Under the pieces are notes generated by a model. It was given only the letters and a program-made list of their open reading frames with translations, searched no databases and was not told the DNA's origin. A program made the translations under genes and the position numbers. From Anaerolineae bacterium (lineage in GTDB: Bacteria > Chloroflexota > Anaerolineae > SpSt-600): a stretch of DNA of 64,000 nucleotides. Location: the NCBI GenBank assembly GCA_025062375.1, contig JANXAG010000006.1, positions 9,956 to 73,955 on the forward strand, given 5' to 3'. This document shows positions 8,363 through 18,128 of this stretch, one piece after another. How positions within the stretch are numbered: position 1 is the first letter of the stretch; every line of letters begins with the position of its first letter.

Positions 8363-10534
8363 TTACGGGCACACTAACGGGGTTGAGTTCTTAAGGTAGA
8401 GGTTGATGTTTTTAACTTCGTAGGCAGGGGAACTGGATATCTCAATAGTGGGAAGCTGCTGAAGCGGGTTACCACCGAGAGTATCAGTCAAGATATCGTA
8501 GCGGAGGCCGTCCCTCTCGAGCCAGGCCGCTATCTGGTAGGTCCCGGGTTCAACGCCTGTGAACTGGAAAGCTCCCGTAGATGAAGCGGTGGTGGTCCTG
8601 TAAACCTGGCCATTCTTGTAAAGGACAACAGTAGCTCCAGCACCTGGAAGAGGATATTCTTCTATGTAACAATTCTCGCTTCCGATGTTTTGGACCCGTT
8701 CTGCTACACGGCGGTAAATTTGCTCCAACTCTGCAGGGCCAGGGGCCACGAAGAAGTGCGGTTTGGAAGGGTCAGTGTCGGGGGAAGCTATAGGCCTGAG
8801 GAGGTCATACTGGAAGTTATCTCCTATGGCGATGGAGAAGACTATAGCTCCTATTCCTCCCCTGTCTGCTGGCTTCTTGCTCTCGTTAGCCTGATTTATG
8901 GCATCATCAATAGCGGGCTGGTTGCATGGTGGGCTGGTCTGCCAGCTCTCACCTGCAAAACCGGTCCACTGCCCGTTAATGCGGATGTTGGCAATCCCAT
9001 CGGAAGCCAGGATTATAACTGGAACGTTAGTCCCGCGGTTTGGTGAGTTAATGAGGATATCGTTGGCTTTCTTAAGCCCACCAGCTATAGGGGTCCCTCC
9101 TCTTGCCGAAAGGTTCTGGATTTTTTGCCTGACAAAATTGATGTTGGAAGTGAGGTCAGCCTCCACATGTCCTATGGCATAATATGTGCTTGTGCCTCCA
9201 CCGCAAAGGAGCTGGTATCGTGATGTGGTGCCATCCAGCGGGAATTTAACCAGGGCTACCCTATCGCCTTTATCTGGCCTGAGGTAGTTGAGGAAAGTCA
9301 GGAGGACGTTTTTGGCTGTATCAATCTTTCTTTGCCTGTTAGCTCCGCTGCCCCAGTAATCGTTCATACTGCCGGAAGTATCGATAACCAATACCACATC
9401 CACAGGGATATGCTGGGTTGTGGTCACCACCTGAGTGAATTCGTTGAGTCTCAGAGCTTGAATAGCTACAGTCCCCACTATATTCTTGTTGGCCTGTGGC
9501 GGAGGAGATCCCTCACCAGATTTTACTGCGCAAACCCCGTACGAAGTGCACCCGGCCAGGTCAGAGGGCTCTGCCCATTCCTCAAAAGTGCCCACTATGA
9601 CCTTATCGTTTGAACCAAATTGGTTGCAGTTATACGAAGATGGATAACCGCTCCTGCCTCTGCAGTAAGCCTTAATCTTGAACCTGGCAAACCCTACAAC
9701 CTTGTATTGGGTATTAGCGCCCTGTCCCTGGCTCTGTTCGTAGACGATTAAAGTAACAGAAGAAGGACGTGTTCCGTCTATACGTTTTTGTAACTCTTCT
9801 CTTACCCCACTACCCCAGGTGACACCAGTGGTTCCATAGACCCACTCTCCCACGCTCCAGCGGCCACTTCTTGTGGTATCAGCCATGTTCTGGACCAGGG
9901 TCTGCTCATCGGGGTTCTGGTCTCTCCATCTTATCCATCCAAAGTTTCCAGGAGCTTGCGGATTACCCGTATCCCATATTATGTAGTCATAACCGAATAC
10001 CGGAACGCCTCCGGTGCTGTCAAAGACTGAATCGTGAACGGCGATGGGGAAGAGGTTAGAAGCTGAACAAGAGCCACAGATAATGGTGGCTTTAGCGCTA
10101 GCTGGTGCTGGCATGCTTTCAAAACCGATAATGCGGGCGAAAAAGGTCCCAGAGTTTCTGGTGGCCTTGACCAGAACACCGTTAGCCTGAGAGGGGGGTG
10201 GGTTATTATTAGCGGGGATTAAACCCAATATATTGCCATCCTGATCCAGATAATAGGCCTCTATCCGGTCATTCTGCCAGGAAAGGCCATTGCGCTCAAC
10301 GTAGTCGCGTACAGCTAAAAGGACGTTCTGATTAGTGACGTTTTGCTGGGTTAATTTATGAGCCCCAGCTATGGCCCCTGCTTCTACTGCGTTTCTGACA
10401 ATCCGCTGCTGGGCATAGTAGTATCCCAGGTCTGTTACTAAGGCGAAAAGAGCCATAATGCCTACTATCGCCCCAGCGATAATTAAAATTGACTGACCTT
10501 TGTCCTTTTGCATATTTGTCACCTCCCTATTCAT
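8363..10534 (-). CDS. TadG-like pilus-associated protein with vWA domain and C-terminal Ig/carboxypeptidase-regulatory-like domain
   Basis: KGQS prepilin-like N-terminus plus hydrophobic helix and DLG motif; MIDAS DTSGS, GGTP, LASDG. Confidence 0.8.
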   Translation of the reverse strand: MNREVTNMQKDKGQSILIIAGAIVGIMALFALVTDLGYYYAQQRIVRNAVEAGAIAGAHKLTQQNVTNQNVLLAVRDYVERNGLSWQNDRIEAYYLDQDGNILGLIPANNNPPPSQANGVLVKATRNSGTFFARIIGFESMPAPASAKATIICGSCSASNLFPIAVHDSVFDSTGGVPVFGYDYIIWDTGNPQAPGNFGWIRWRDQNPDEQTLVQNMADTTRSGRWSVGEWVYGTTGVTWGSGVREELQKRIDGTRPSSVTLIVYEQSQGQGANTQYKVVGFARFKIKAYCRGRSGYPSSYNCNQFGSNDKVIVGTFEEWAEPSDLAGCTSYGVCAVKSGEGSPPPQANKNIVGTVAIQALRLNEFTQVVTTTQHIPVDVVLVIDTSGSMNDYWGSGANRQRKIDTAKNVLLTFLNYLRPDKGDRVALVKFPLDGTTSRYQLLCGGGTSTYYAIGHVEADLTSNINFVRQKIQNLSARGGTPIAGGLKKANDILINSPNRGTNVPVIILASDGIANIRINGQWTGFAGESWQTSPPCNQPAIDDAINQANESKKPADRGGIGAIVFSIAIGDNFQYDLLRPIASPDTDPSKPHFFVAPGPAELEQIYRRVAERVQNIGSENCYIEEYPLPGAGATVVLYKNGQVYRTTTASSTGAFQFTGVEPGTYQIAAWLERDGLRYDILTDTLGGNPLQQLPTIEISSSPAYEVKNINLYLKNSTPLVCP

Positions 10535-10973
10535 AAAATGAACCAGCTGCTGCGCTTATCCATATAGGCCTTATTACCTGAATCTCCCTACCACTCAAGG
10601 GGTTGGGCAAACTCAGGGACAGAAGGTTGAAGTGGTAAGAAACCTTCACCTCAAAGTAGCCCCCTGGCATCCTCATGTTGGGAGGAGGGCTTATCTCTAT
10701 CTTCATTGGATAGGGTTCGGTGGTGTTAAGGAAGCCGGCCAGAGATTTTATGTAATCTTTCAAGGGTTTATCGGGCTGATTGGGGTTTTGCTGGTTCCAT
10801 TCAGCCAGGGTAAGGGCATTATCCATCATATAGCTTACCCCCGCTCTGGCCATGTGACCGAGGGTTACATAAGTGTAGAAAACCAGGCTGAAGATCACAA
10901 GCCCAACAAGTAATGCTACGAATATAACTATAACCAGCGCAAATTCCACAAGGGATTGCCCCCTCTTCATCAC
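10527..10973 (-). CDS. TadE-like pseudopilin
   Basis: RGQSLVEFALV cleavage motif plus hydrophobic helix, ARAG motif. Confidence 0.85.
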   Translation of the reverse strand: MMKRGQSLVEFALVIVIFVALLVGLVIFSLVFYTYVTLGHMARAGVSYMMDNALTLAEWNQQNPNQPDKPLKDYIKSLAGFLNTTEPYPMKIEISPPPNMRMPGGYFEVKVSYHFNLLSLSLPNPLSGREIQVIRPIWISAAAGSFYE

Positions 10974-11440
10974 TCACCCCTTATGGGCATCGTCACCTGC
11001 GCTGTTATTCGGTAACGGTTGGGGAGACCAAACCGGCCAAACCAGGGCAATTCTACTGTGCTGAAGAAAGTTGAAAGTTCATAGTCCACTTTGACTTTTA
11101 CTGGTTTCCCTGCTCCTACTCCCTGATCCATTTCCGGAAGGTGAATTCTGAGGTTTCTGGTATCAAGGCCAGCCCCCTGCGCTTCGTAATATATCCTTGT
11201 GTAATACTGCTGGTAATCAGGATCAAGAGCTGGGTTATAACCTGGCTGCTGGACACGCCGGAGCCAGTCTGGACGGCCAGAGGCGTAAAGACAACCAGCT
11301 CGAGCAGCACTTAACACATTGAGGTAGGCAAAGAAAATGATCGCGAATTCGAAAAGGACCAGCAATGATAGTAAAAGAAAAGCTGCCCCTGCTGTAAACT
11401 CTAAGAGACTTTGGCCTCCCTCCTTACTCCTTCGGAACAT
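10970..11440 (-). CDS. TadE/TadF-like pseudopilin
   Basis: GGQSLLEF motif, hydrophobic helix, AARAG motif. Confidence 0.85.
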   Translation of the reverse strand: MFRRSKEGGQSLLEFTAGAAFLLLSLLVLFEFAIIFFAYLNVLSAARAGCLYASGRPDWLRRVQQPGYNPALDPDYQQYYTRIYYEAQGAGLDTRNLRIHLPEMDQGVGAGKPVKVKVDYELSTFFSTVELPWFGRFGLPNRYRITAQVTMPIRGE

Positions 11441-11491
11441 ATTTCTGCTTTCCTTCAGGAGAAATTATATTGCAATTTCGATGAAAACGCA

Positions 11492-11533
11492 ATTTAAAAA
11501 TCCAGGCCCCACCTTCTCTCAGGCGGGGCCTGG
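11492..11533 (-). terminator. Probable intrinsic terminator or stabilising hairpin after the flp genes
   Basis: CCAGGCCCC (11502-11510) / GGGGCCTGG (11525-11533) stem followed on the minus strand by ATTTTTAAATT. Confidence 0.6.
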
Positions 11534-11566
11534 TGTCTTTTGGGGAATCTGGTGGATTGCTTCAGT

Positions 11567-11710
11567 TTAGATGGCGCTTATAATCCGGCTGAAGACGTTC
11601 CCGATAGCCGGGCCCAGGAGAGCCAGGACGGCGATAACGACAATAGCCACCAGGACCAGGATGAGGGCATACTCCACCAGACCCTGCCCCCTCTCACGCC
11701 GGAACAACAT
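11567..11710 (-). CDS. flp: Flp (type IVb) pilin, copy 2: MLFRRERGQGLVEYALILVLVAIVVIAVLALLGPAIGNVFSRIISAI
   Basis: Hand translation; G|QGLVEY Flp motif, AGGAGGTG SD; 47 aa, below the ORF-track cutoff. Confidence 0.92.
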   Translation of the reverse strand: MLFRRERGQGLVEYALILVLVAIVVIAVLALLGPAIGNVFSRIISAI

Positions 11711-11732
11711 GGCCACTCACCTCCTTTCCTTG

Positions 11733-11876
11733 TTAAATTGCGCTTATGATAGCACTGAAGACGTTCCCGATGGCCGGGCCCAAGAGGGCCAGAACAGCAA
11801 TAACGACAATAGCCACCAGGACCAGGATGAGGGCATACTCCACCAGACCCTGCCCCCTCTCACGCCGGAACAACAT
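11733..11876 (-). CDS. flp: Flp (type IVb) pilin, copy 1: MLFRRERGQGLVEYALILVLVAIVVIAVLALLGPAIGNVFSAIISAI
   Basis: Hand translation; same motif and SD; 166-bp tandem duplication with copy 2. Confidence 0.92.
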   Translation of the reverse strand: MLFRRERGQGLVEYALILVLVAIVVIAVLALLGPAIGNVFSAIISAI

Positions 11877-12420
11877 GGCCACTCACCTCCTTAAGTTACT
11901 CAATTTTAGCGTAGCACCAAAACCCGATAAGGGCAATAGTACTTTAGTTCTATGCTCCAAAGCTGAAAAGGGGGCCAGACCTTTCCACCAACTTTCATAC
12001 ACTTTGCACAGAAACTTCCACTCTGATATACTTAGCGTAGATTTCAATAAAAATTAAGCGCAAATGGGAAAAAAGCCCTTTGTCTAAAATTGAACTGATG
12101 GCTCTCATAACTGCCCTTTCGTGGGGGGGTTCTACCACTGGGATGGCCAGGATTGAACCCCTTTGTCTTCGATAAAGCTCGCCTCAGCCTAATGGTCCTT
12201 GAGCTAACCAGAAACCTTCATAAGTTCAATCACCTTTACCTTATGGAACTTTTGGACCTTTCCTGGTACACGATGGACCCACTTCTTCTGAGGCTTGGAT
12301 GGAAGGGGATTACCTTATTACCTGGGCTGATTTCCCTATCGTTAAAGAAAAGTTTAAAATAGCCGTGGAAATGCATTACCACCTTTCTATGGAAAGAGTT
12401 CGTGGGTCAGAGGATGGCAT

Positions 12421-13788
12421 ATGGATGAAAGAAAAGTAACTCTCTGGGTAGCAGCCCTCGGAGCCTTTGTGGCCCCCTTCATGGGCTCTTCTTTCAACAT
12501 CGCTCTCCCCTCCATCGGGAAGGAGTTTTCGGCTGGGGCAGTTATTTTGGGCTGGCTGGCTACCCTTTACCTCTTAGCTTCGGCGGTCTTCCTGGTTCCT
12601 TTCGGCAAGCTGGCCGACATCTACGGCAGGAAAAGGATTTTCCTGGCAGGTCTTACAGTATATTCCATCGCTTCTATTCTGTGTGGACTCACCACTTCTC
12701 TGAGGGTTTTCATGGTCCTACGCATCTTGCAGGGGATGGGAGCAGCAGCTATCTTCGGAACTGGAGTTGCTATCCTTACCTCTGTTTTTCCACCAGATGA
12801 AAGGGGCAGAGCCCTGGGAATCAATGTATCCTCCACTTACCTAGGCTTATCTTCAGGCCCTTTCCTGGGGGGCCTAATGACTCAATACCTTGGCTGGAGA
12901 AGCGTTTTCTTCCTTAATGCCTTCATAAGCTTACTGGCTGCAGGAGTTACTTTGAGTAAACTTAAGGGTGAATGGAGAGGAGATCCGAAAGGAAAGTTTG
13001 ACCTCACCGGGTTCTTTGTCTACGCTATTGCCCTTTCAAGCTTCATTTATGGATTCTCTCGTTTGCCCCATGAAGTGGGTTGGCTTCTCACTGGGCTTGG
13101 AATTGTCACCCTCTTTTTCTTTGTTTGGTGGGAAAATCGAGAGCAGAGCCCTCTTTTGAGCATGAGGTTATTCCGGGGTAACCCTGCTTTTACCTTTTCC
13201 AATTTAGCAGCCCTCATAAATTACAGCGCTACTCATGCTGTGAGCTTTATCTTGAGCTTATACCTTCAGTACGTCCGGGGCTTTTTGCCAGGAAAAGCTG
13301 GGACCTTCCTTGTAGCTCAGCCCATTGTGATGGCCTTTCTGTCCCCCCTGGCTGGCAGAGCCTCAGACTGGGTTGAGCCCAGGATTTTGGCTTCAAGCGG
13401 GATGGCAGTAATAGTCGTAGGGCTTCTTCTGCTATCCTCACTGGGGCAGAATTCCCCCATTGAGTTCTTGCTGGCAGTGCTGGCTTTTCTGGGAGTTGGG
13501 TTTGCTTTCTTCTCTTCCCCTAATACCAATGCCGTAATGAGTTCGGTGGATAAAAGGTTTTATGGCGTAGCCTCAGCCACCCTTGCCACTATGCGCCTTA
13601 CAGGTCAGATGCTCAGCATGGGCATCGCTACAATGGTCCTGAACCTATTTTTAGGGAATGCGCCTGTTAACTTCCAGACTCTCCCAGCATTCATGAAAGC
13701 AATGAAAGTCCTTTTTTACTTTTTTGCTCTCCTATGTTTCGGGGGAATCTTTGCTTCACTGGCCAGGGGAAACGTGCGTGAAGCTTAG
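12421..13788 (+). CDS. MFS drug:H+ antiporter (DHA2/EmrB-QacA-like)
   Basis: GKLADIYGRK motif A, RILQGMG, about 14 hydrophobic segments. Confidence 0.9.
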   Translation: MDERKVTLWVAALGAFVAPFMGSSFNIALPSIGKEFSAGAVILGWLATLYLLASAVFLVPFGKLADIYGRKRIFLAGLTVYSIASILCGLTTSLRVFMVLRILQGMGAAAIFGTGVAILTSVFPPDERGRALGINVSSTYLGLSSGPFLGGLMTQYLGWRSVFFLNAFISLLAAGVTLSKLKGEWRGDPKGKFDLTGFFVYAIALSSFIYGFSRLPHEVGWLLTGLGIVTLFFFVWWENREQSPLLSMRLFRGNPAFTFSNLAALINYSATHAVSFILSLYLQYVRGFLPGKAGTFLVAQPIVMAFLSPLAGRASDWVEPRILASSGMAVIVVGLLLLSSLGQNSPIEFLLAVLAFLGVGFAFFSSPNTNAVMSSVDKRFYGVASATLATMRLTGQMLSMGIATMVLNLFLGNAPVNFQTLPAFMKAMKVLFYFFALLCFGGIFASLARGNVREA

Positions 13789-15636
13789 GGTATAACGAGC
13801 AGGCTCAGAAGTAGCAGGAGCAAAGGCGCTAACCACCACTACTGCTCCGAAGTTCAGGACTACTTCAAAGGGGATATCATCGGCAAGTTTCCAGCGTTTA
13901 ACTGATGGCGGTTTTCCCCCTTCAATTGCTTGAACTATCCACCCCTGTTTGACTACCCCATCAGTGTAGACGAAACCATTAGGCACCCATCCCCCGTAGC
14001 CCCTTTCAAAATCTTCATGGTAGCCAATCTCTGGTATGGTTACATTATCAATGAAAAAGCCCGGGCGATTAACAGCATCATCCGTTATGCATTCAAACCG
14101 CAGAAGGATTTCCTTCCCGGCCCATGGGGTGAGGTCCACTACCTCCTCAATCCACCCCCCTGATTTTCCGGTATAACCATAGCCCAGATTATGTCCTACC
14201 GGGTTTTCTGAGGTAGAGTGAAGCCCCCGTAGAATTTTCCAGGTTTTGCCTCCATCGGAAGAAACCTCCAGGTAGGCGTAATCGTAACCCTTTTCCAGAT
14301 CATACCATGTCTGGAAGCGCAACGTGGCCTTATCGGTGTTTTTGAGGTTGAAATGGCGGGTGAGGGTTGAATTGCTCTCATCGCCTCGCCCCGACCACCA
14401 CATGAATTTTCCGCTGTAAGGGGCAGGGGGGCCTAAAGTAACGGTTGTATTTCCGGTAAAACGCAGGAGGACAGGGTTTTCGGTCTGGATTTTAAAATAG
14501 TCGGTGGCGTACTGATGGACGGTCTCCGTCAAGGTGATGGGAAGGGTGGAAATTATCGCGGAGATTCGGGGTTTGGGAAGGTCAAGTTTATGATAACCGT
14601 AACCGGAGTCCGGATCATCCAGGTAATTGGCTACAGCCCAATCGGCAAAGAGGTCTTCAAAGCCGTAGCCATGGGGAGCCAGAACTTCATTGAAAGCTTG
14701 AGGGCCGTTTGATGGCGATTTTACCAGCCGCTGAAATGCTTCTTCGCCAAAGCGTTCCCAGAAATAGAGCATGAAGAGGAAGCTTGCTCCATAGTTAGGG
14801 TAAGCTTGCTCAAGGTCACCGGGCCAGGAGGTGAGCTGGGTATCGGGCTGCTCCAGGAAAGCTCTGGCAGCACCATCCTCTGAAAGGCCGCTCAGGAACT
14901 CCGCCATCTGAGAAAATCCTTCGTTGACCCATGTGTCCTCATTGCGATCTATGTACCACTGGAGCATATGCTGAAGTTCATGAACTAAAACCGAAAGATA
15001 ATGTCTGGTCCCAGGCCTCAGGACTTGAAGGTTAAGGTAGAAGGCATTCTTCTCATTGGAATGAGCGTATACCTGGCGGGGGTAGTTATCGCTTCCGGAG
15101 AAATAGCCCCCAACTCCGGGCACAGTGCCGTTGAAGATGTGGATGCAGGAATTGCTCCAGGGAACAGGAGAGGATGGTGGACCGAAAGTCTCCATGATGT
15201 GGGGGTAAACCTCTTTCTCCAATTGTTCTACAGAAGCTCTAAGGGCTTTCCGGTCTACTTTAGCTCCTTCTTCCACCCAGACACAGAAGTTTGGGGTTAG
15301 GATGGATAAAGTGGCGGTAGTGGTAAAGTAGCGATTTGAAGGATGGTCAAGGAGCCAGAAAACAGCTTTCTCACCGGGGTGATGGAGCGCGGGAGTTGGG
15401 GTAGGGATTGGTCCCGGAGGTATTTTACCGAGCCTTGCGGCTATATCCCCCAAATCCCTGACCGGGAGTTCTGATGGTATCGGGTCAGGTACAGGGACGG
15501 GGGTAGGAGTTGGAGTGAACTGCGGAGTCGGAGAAGGCAAAGGAACTGGAGTGGGGCTTGGGGTAAAGACGGGATTGGGAGGAAAGCATCCTGAAAGAAG
15601 AAACAGGGCAAAGATGATGGGGAAAATCTTTTTCAA
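13756..15636 (-). CDS. Lipoprotein metallopeptidase with immune inhibitor A-like C-terminal domain
   Basis: LSGC lipobox, PT linker, HELQH (HExxH), WVNEGFS, WYDLEKGYDY..EVS.DGG..W InhA/MAM-like segment. Confidence 0.8.
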   Translation of the reverse strand: MKKIFPIIFALFLLSGCFPPNPVFTPSPTPVPLPSPTPQFTPTPTPVPVPDPIPSELPVRDLGDIAARLGKIPPGPIPTPTPALHHPGEKAVFWLLDHPSNRYFTTTATLSILTPNFCVWVEEGAKVDRKALRASVEQLEKEVYPHIMETFGPPSSPVPWSNSCIHIFNGTVPGVGGYFSGSDNYPRQVYAHSNEKNAFYLNLQVLRPGTRHYLSVLVHELQHMLQWYIDRNEDTWVNEGFSQMAEFLSGLSEDGAARAFLEQPDTQLTSWPGDLEQAYPNYGASFLFMLYFWERFGEEAFQRLVKSPSNGPQAFNEVLAPHGYGFEDLFADWAVANYLDDPDSGYGYHKLDLPKPRISAIISTLPITLTETVHQYATDYFKIQTENPVLLRFTGNTTVTLGPPAPYSGKFMWWSGRGDESNSTLTRHFNLKNTDKATLRFQTWYDLEKGYDYAYLEVSSDGGKTWKILRGLHSTSENPVGHNLGYGYTGKSGGWIEEVVDLTPWAGKEILLRFECITDDAVNRPGFFIDNVTIPEIGYHEDFERGYGGWVPNGFVYTDGVVKQGWIVQAIEGGKPPSVKRWKLADDIPFEVVLNFGAVVVVSAFAPATSEPARYTLSFTHVSPGQ

Positions 15637-16460
15637 AGAGGTTCTCCTTCCACTAATTTGCTCCAGGCCCTTTCAAAGGCTGGAAGGAAGAAGCTTTTGC
15701 TATCGCCGGGGAAAGTTTGAGCCAGCTCCATACATAGGGAACGGAGCTGCCATGCCGCTGAGGCAGACAGGTGAGCGGTAATCTCCTGGATTCTGGTAGC
15801 AATGTAAGGGGCATAGGGTATTGAAGGGTAGGCAAAGAGGATGTTTTTCAGCATAGTCGCCAGATATAAAGCTCGGCCGATAGCATTGTTTTCTATGAAT
15901 TTCCAGATTGATTTTTCGCTTTCCTCCAGACTAAGTTGATCCAGGGCAAGGTTCGTGTGCTCCGGGATAAAGCCGCAGCGGACAAGGAGCCTGGCAACGG
16001 CTAAATTTTTAATCCCTGAAGCTATAAGGTAAAGAAACCTTTCAAGGTGCTCTGTATCCCATCCTTTTTCCCGGCCACGACGAACAGCTTCAGGAGAAAG
16101 GCGATAACGGTAATATTCCTGAGAGCCGTGGAGGATGGAATGAGCGGCTGCCACCAGGATGGAAGCTTTGGCTATTATGGGGGCAAGCTTGGTTAAACTT
16201 TCAACGCAGGCCACAATGCGAGGTGTGCCAAACCAGGCCTCGTGGGTGACGGGATAGTCTTCGGAAACTCTAACCCCAAGCTTTTTCTCTTCTTCTCTCA
16301 TTATCTTTTCGCGTCGGCTTACCGTATCCACCACGACAATTTCCAAGGTCTCCGGTGTCCCAAAGGGAGACCGGCGATAGAGCTGGGTGATAGTCTCCAC
16401 AATCTGTTTTATTTCTTCCTCAGGCACATTACCCTGAACCGAAATGTTGAACTGCACCAT
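15633..16460 (-). CDS. Hypothetical protein, possible degenerate zincin-like fold
   Basis: Long ORF coupled to neighbours; AAAHSILHGSQEYY segment; ATG 16460 with GGGAG SD. Confidence 0.6.
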   Translation of the reverse strand: MVQFNISVQGNVPEEEIKQIVETITQLYRRSPFGTPETLEIVVVDTVSRREKIMREEEKKLGVRVSEDYPVTHEAWFGTPRIVACVESLTKLAPIIAKASILVAAAHSILHGSQEYYRYRLSPEAVRRGREKGWDTEHLERFLYLIASGIKNLAVARLLVRCGFIPEHTNLALDQLSLEESEKSIWKFIENNAIGRALYLATMLKNILFAYPSIPYAPYIATRIQEITAHLSASAAWQLRSLCMELAQTFPGDSKSFFLPAFERAWSKLVEGEPL

Positions 16461-16474
16461 ATACTCCCACCACC

Positions 16475-17485
16475 TCACCTGTTGGTAAATTGAACCAGCT
16501 GGTTGAGTTTTTCCATAGCCCGGCCGGAGTCTATAGATTCCCGGGCCATCTCTAAAGCCTCTTCCATGTCGGAGGCTTTGCCTCCTATGAGGATGGCAGC
16601 AGCGGCGTTAAGGAGCACTATATCCCTGCGGGGGCCCTTTTCCCCTTCGAGGATGGATCTGGTTATAGCAGCATTTTCCTCAGGTTCCCCGCCTTGAAAG
16701 TCGGAAAGTCGGGCTCTGGGCAAGCCAAACTCCGTCGGATCCAGAGGGAAAGTGGTGACAGTTCCTCTTTCGAGGCGGCTCACTTTGTTAACTCCAGTGG
16801 TGGAGAGCTCATCCAACCCATCGGCCCCATAAACCACGAAGGCCGACTGGCTTCCCAGGGCTTTCAGGGTCTGAGCCACCAGCTCTGTGAGGCGACCATC
16901 GTAGAGGCCCAGGACCTGCCTCTTGGCTCCTGCCGGATTTACCAGGGGTCCGAGGAGATCCAGGACAGTGCGCACTCCTATTTCTTTGCGGGCCTGGAGG
17001 ACGTGGTAAAGGGCCGGGTGGAAGGAAGGGGCATATATGAAGCCTATCCCTACTTCATCAATGCAACGGACGATTTTTTCAGGGCTTAAGTTGAGGTTTA
17101 CCCCCAAGGCATTCAGGAGCTCTGCGCTTCCACATTTACTGGAGACAGCCCTTGCCCCGTGTTTGGCCACGGCCAGGCCTGCCCCTGCTACTACAAAGGC
17201 AGCAGTGGTGGAAATATTGAAAGTTCCCCACGGATCTCCCCCCGTCCCTGAGATGTCCACCAGGTCTTCACGGGCGGGCTTTATGAATAGGGCTCTTTCT
17301 TTCATCGCCATAGCACATCCCTGCAACTCCTGCGTTGTTAGCCCCTTTATCTGCAAAGCCACCAGGAAACCTCCAGCCTGCCAAGGGGAAACCTTTTCGT
17401 CCAGGATCAGGCTCATAGCCTCCTGGGCTTCTTCTGGAGAAAGGCTTTCTCCTTCTACGAGGCGGGAAATGTATTTGCGCAACAA
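16475..17485 (-). CDS. trpD: Anthranilate phosphoribosyltransferase (TrpD family)
   Basis: GTGGD, NISTT, KHG.R..SSKCGSA, GPLVNPAG, GLDE motifs; TTG start at 17485 after GAGGAGG. Confidence 0.88.
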   Translation of the reverse strand: MLRKYISRLVEGESLSPEEAQEAMSLILDEKVSPWQAGGFLVALQIKGLTTQELQGCAMAMKERALFIKPAREDLVDISGTGGDPWGTFNISTTAAFVVAGAGLAVAKHGARAVSSKCGSAELLNALGVNLNLSPEKIVRCIDEVGIGFIYAPSFHPALYHVLQARKEIGVRTVLDLLGPLVNPAGAKRQVLGLYDGRLTELVAQTLKALGSQSAFVVYGADGLDELSTTGVNKVSRLERGTVTTFPLDPTEFGLPRARLSDFQGGEPEENAAITRSILEGEKGPRRDIVLLNAAAAILIGGKASDMEEALEMARESIDSGRAMEKLNQLVQFTNR

Positions 17486-17515
17486 TTTTTTCCTCCTCAA
17501 AGATATTTCCAATCC

Positions 17516-17544
17516 ATTATACCCCTGGCCTCAACTTGGTGCAA
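17516..17544 (-). promoter_or_regulatory. Sigma70-type promoter for the trpD operon
   Basis: TTGCAC-17 nt-TATAAT on the minus strand. Confidence 0.65.
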
Positions 17545-18087
17545 AAGTCTGAGGCCTCCGTAATGGGTCAAAGGAGCCAAGAACCACCTGCGCGGTATTC
17601 TGTACTCAGGTCCCTTGATATCAAATTTCGTGCCTTCAATACCATCCAAGCGATAAGTGCAAGCCAGGAAATGAGTCCCGGTTGCCCATCGCCGGTAGTT
17701 CTCTCAATGAGGGTGTGCGGGCAATTATCTCCGTTCCAAAGCCCATTTCCGAGCTAACGTTTGCCCTGCCCATTTCTTTTGAAATTTAGCGGGAATGTGC
17801 CAAGCAGAGGTTGTGGCATTTACGCCTTTCATGGGCAACAGCAAATATCCGGGGTGTCCTACCTTTTTCCAAAATCGCCTCTACCAACTTAACCTTGGCT
17901 TTACCCACATTCCAGAAGGTATCCAGAGCCCGGAGAACCAGGGTAGATAGGGCCCGCCCCGCTCACCCTTCAATCCCTGCTTGCCGCCCAAAACGGGCAG
18001 CAAATGATGGAGATTTACCAACCACCGGATGGCTTTCAGGGTGGGTTTGTCCAGATGCTCCAAAAATGCGGGCTGAGGTTCGGATGC

Positions 18088-18116
18088 TTGCTTCAGAAGG
18101 CATTTTGTGATATAAT
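18088..18116 (+). promoter_or_regulatory. Sigma70-type promoter for tRNA-Val
   Basis: TTGCTT-17 nt-TATAAT with extended TGn. Confidence 0.7.
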
Positions 18117-18128
18117 ATAAACAGAAGT

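Noticed and set aside
11540-12057. Plus-strand ORFs 11540-11749, 11571-11894, 11746-12057
   Set aside because: Antisense shadows of the two flp genes
12098-12439. Protein-looking open frame upstream of the MFS (…EAWMEGDYLITWADFP…)
   Set aside because: Several in-frame stops upstream, no convincing start or SD, no recognisable family; cannot support a pseudogene call
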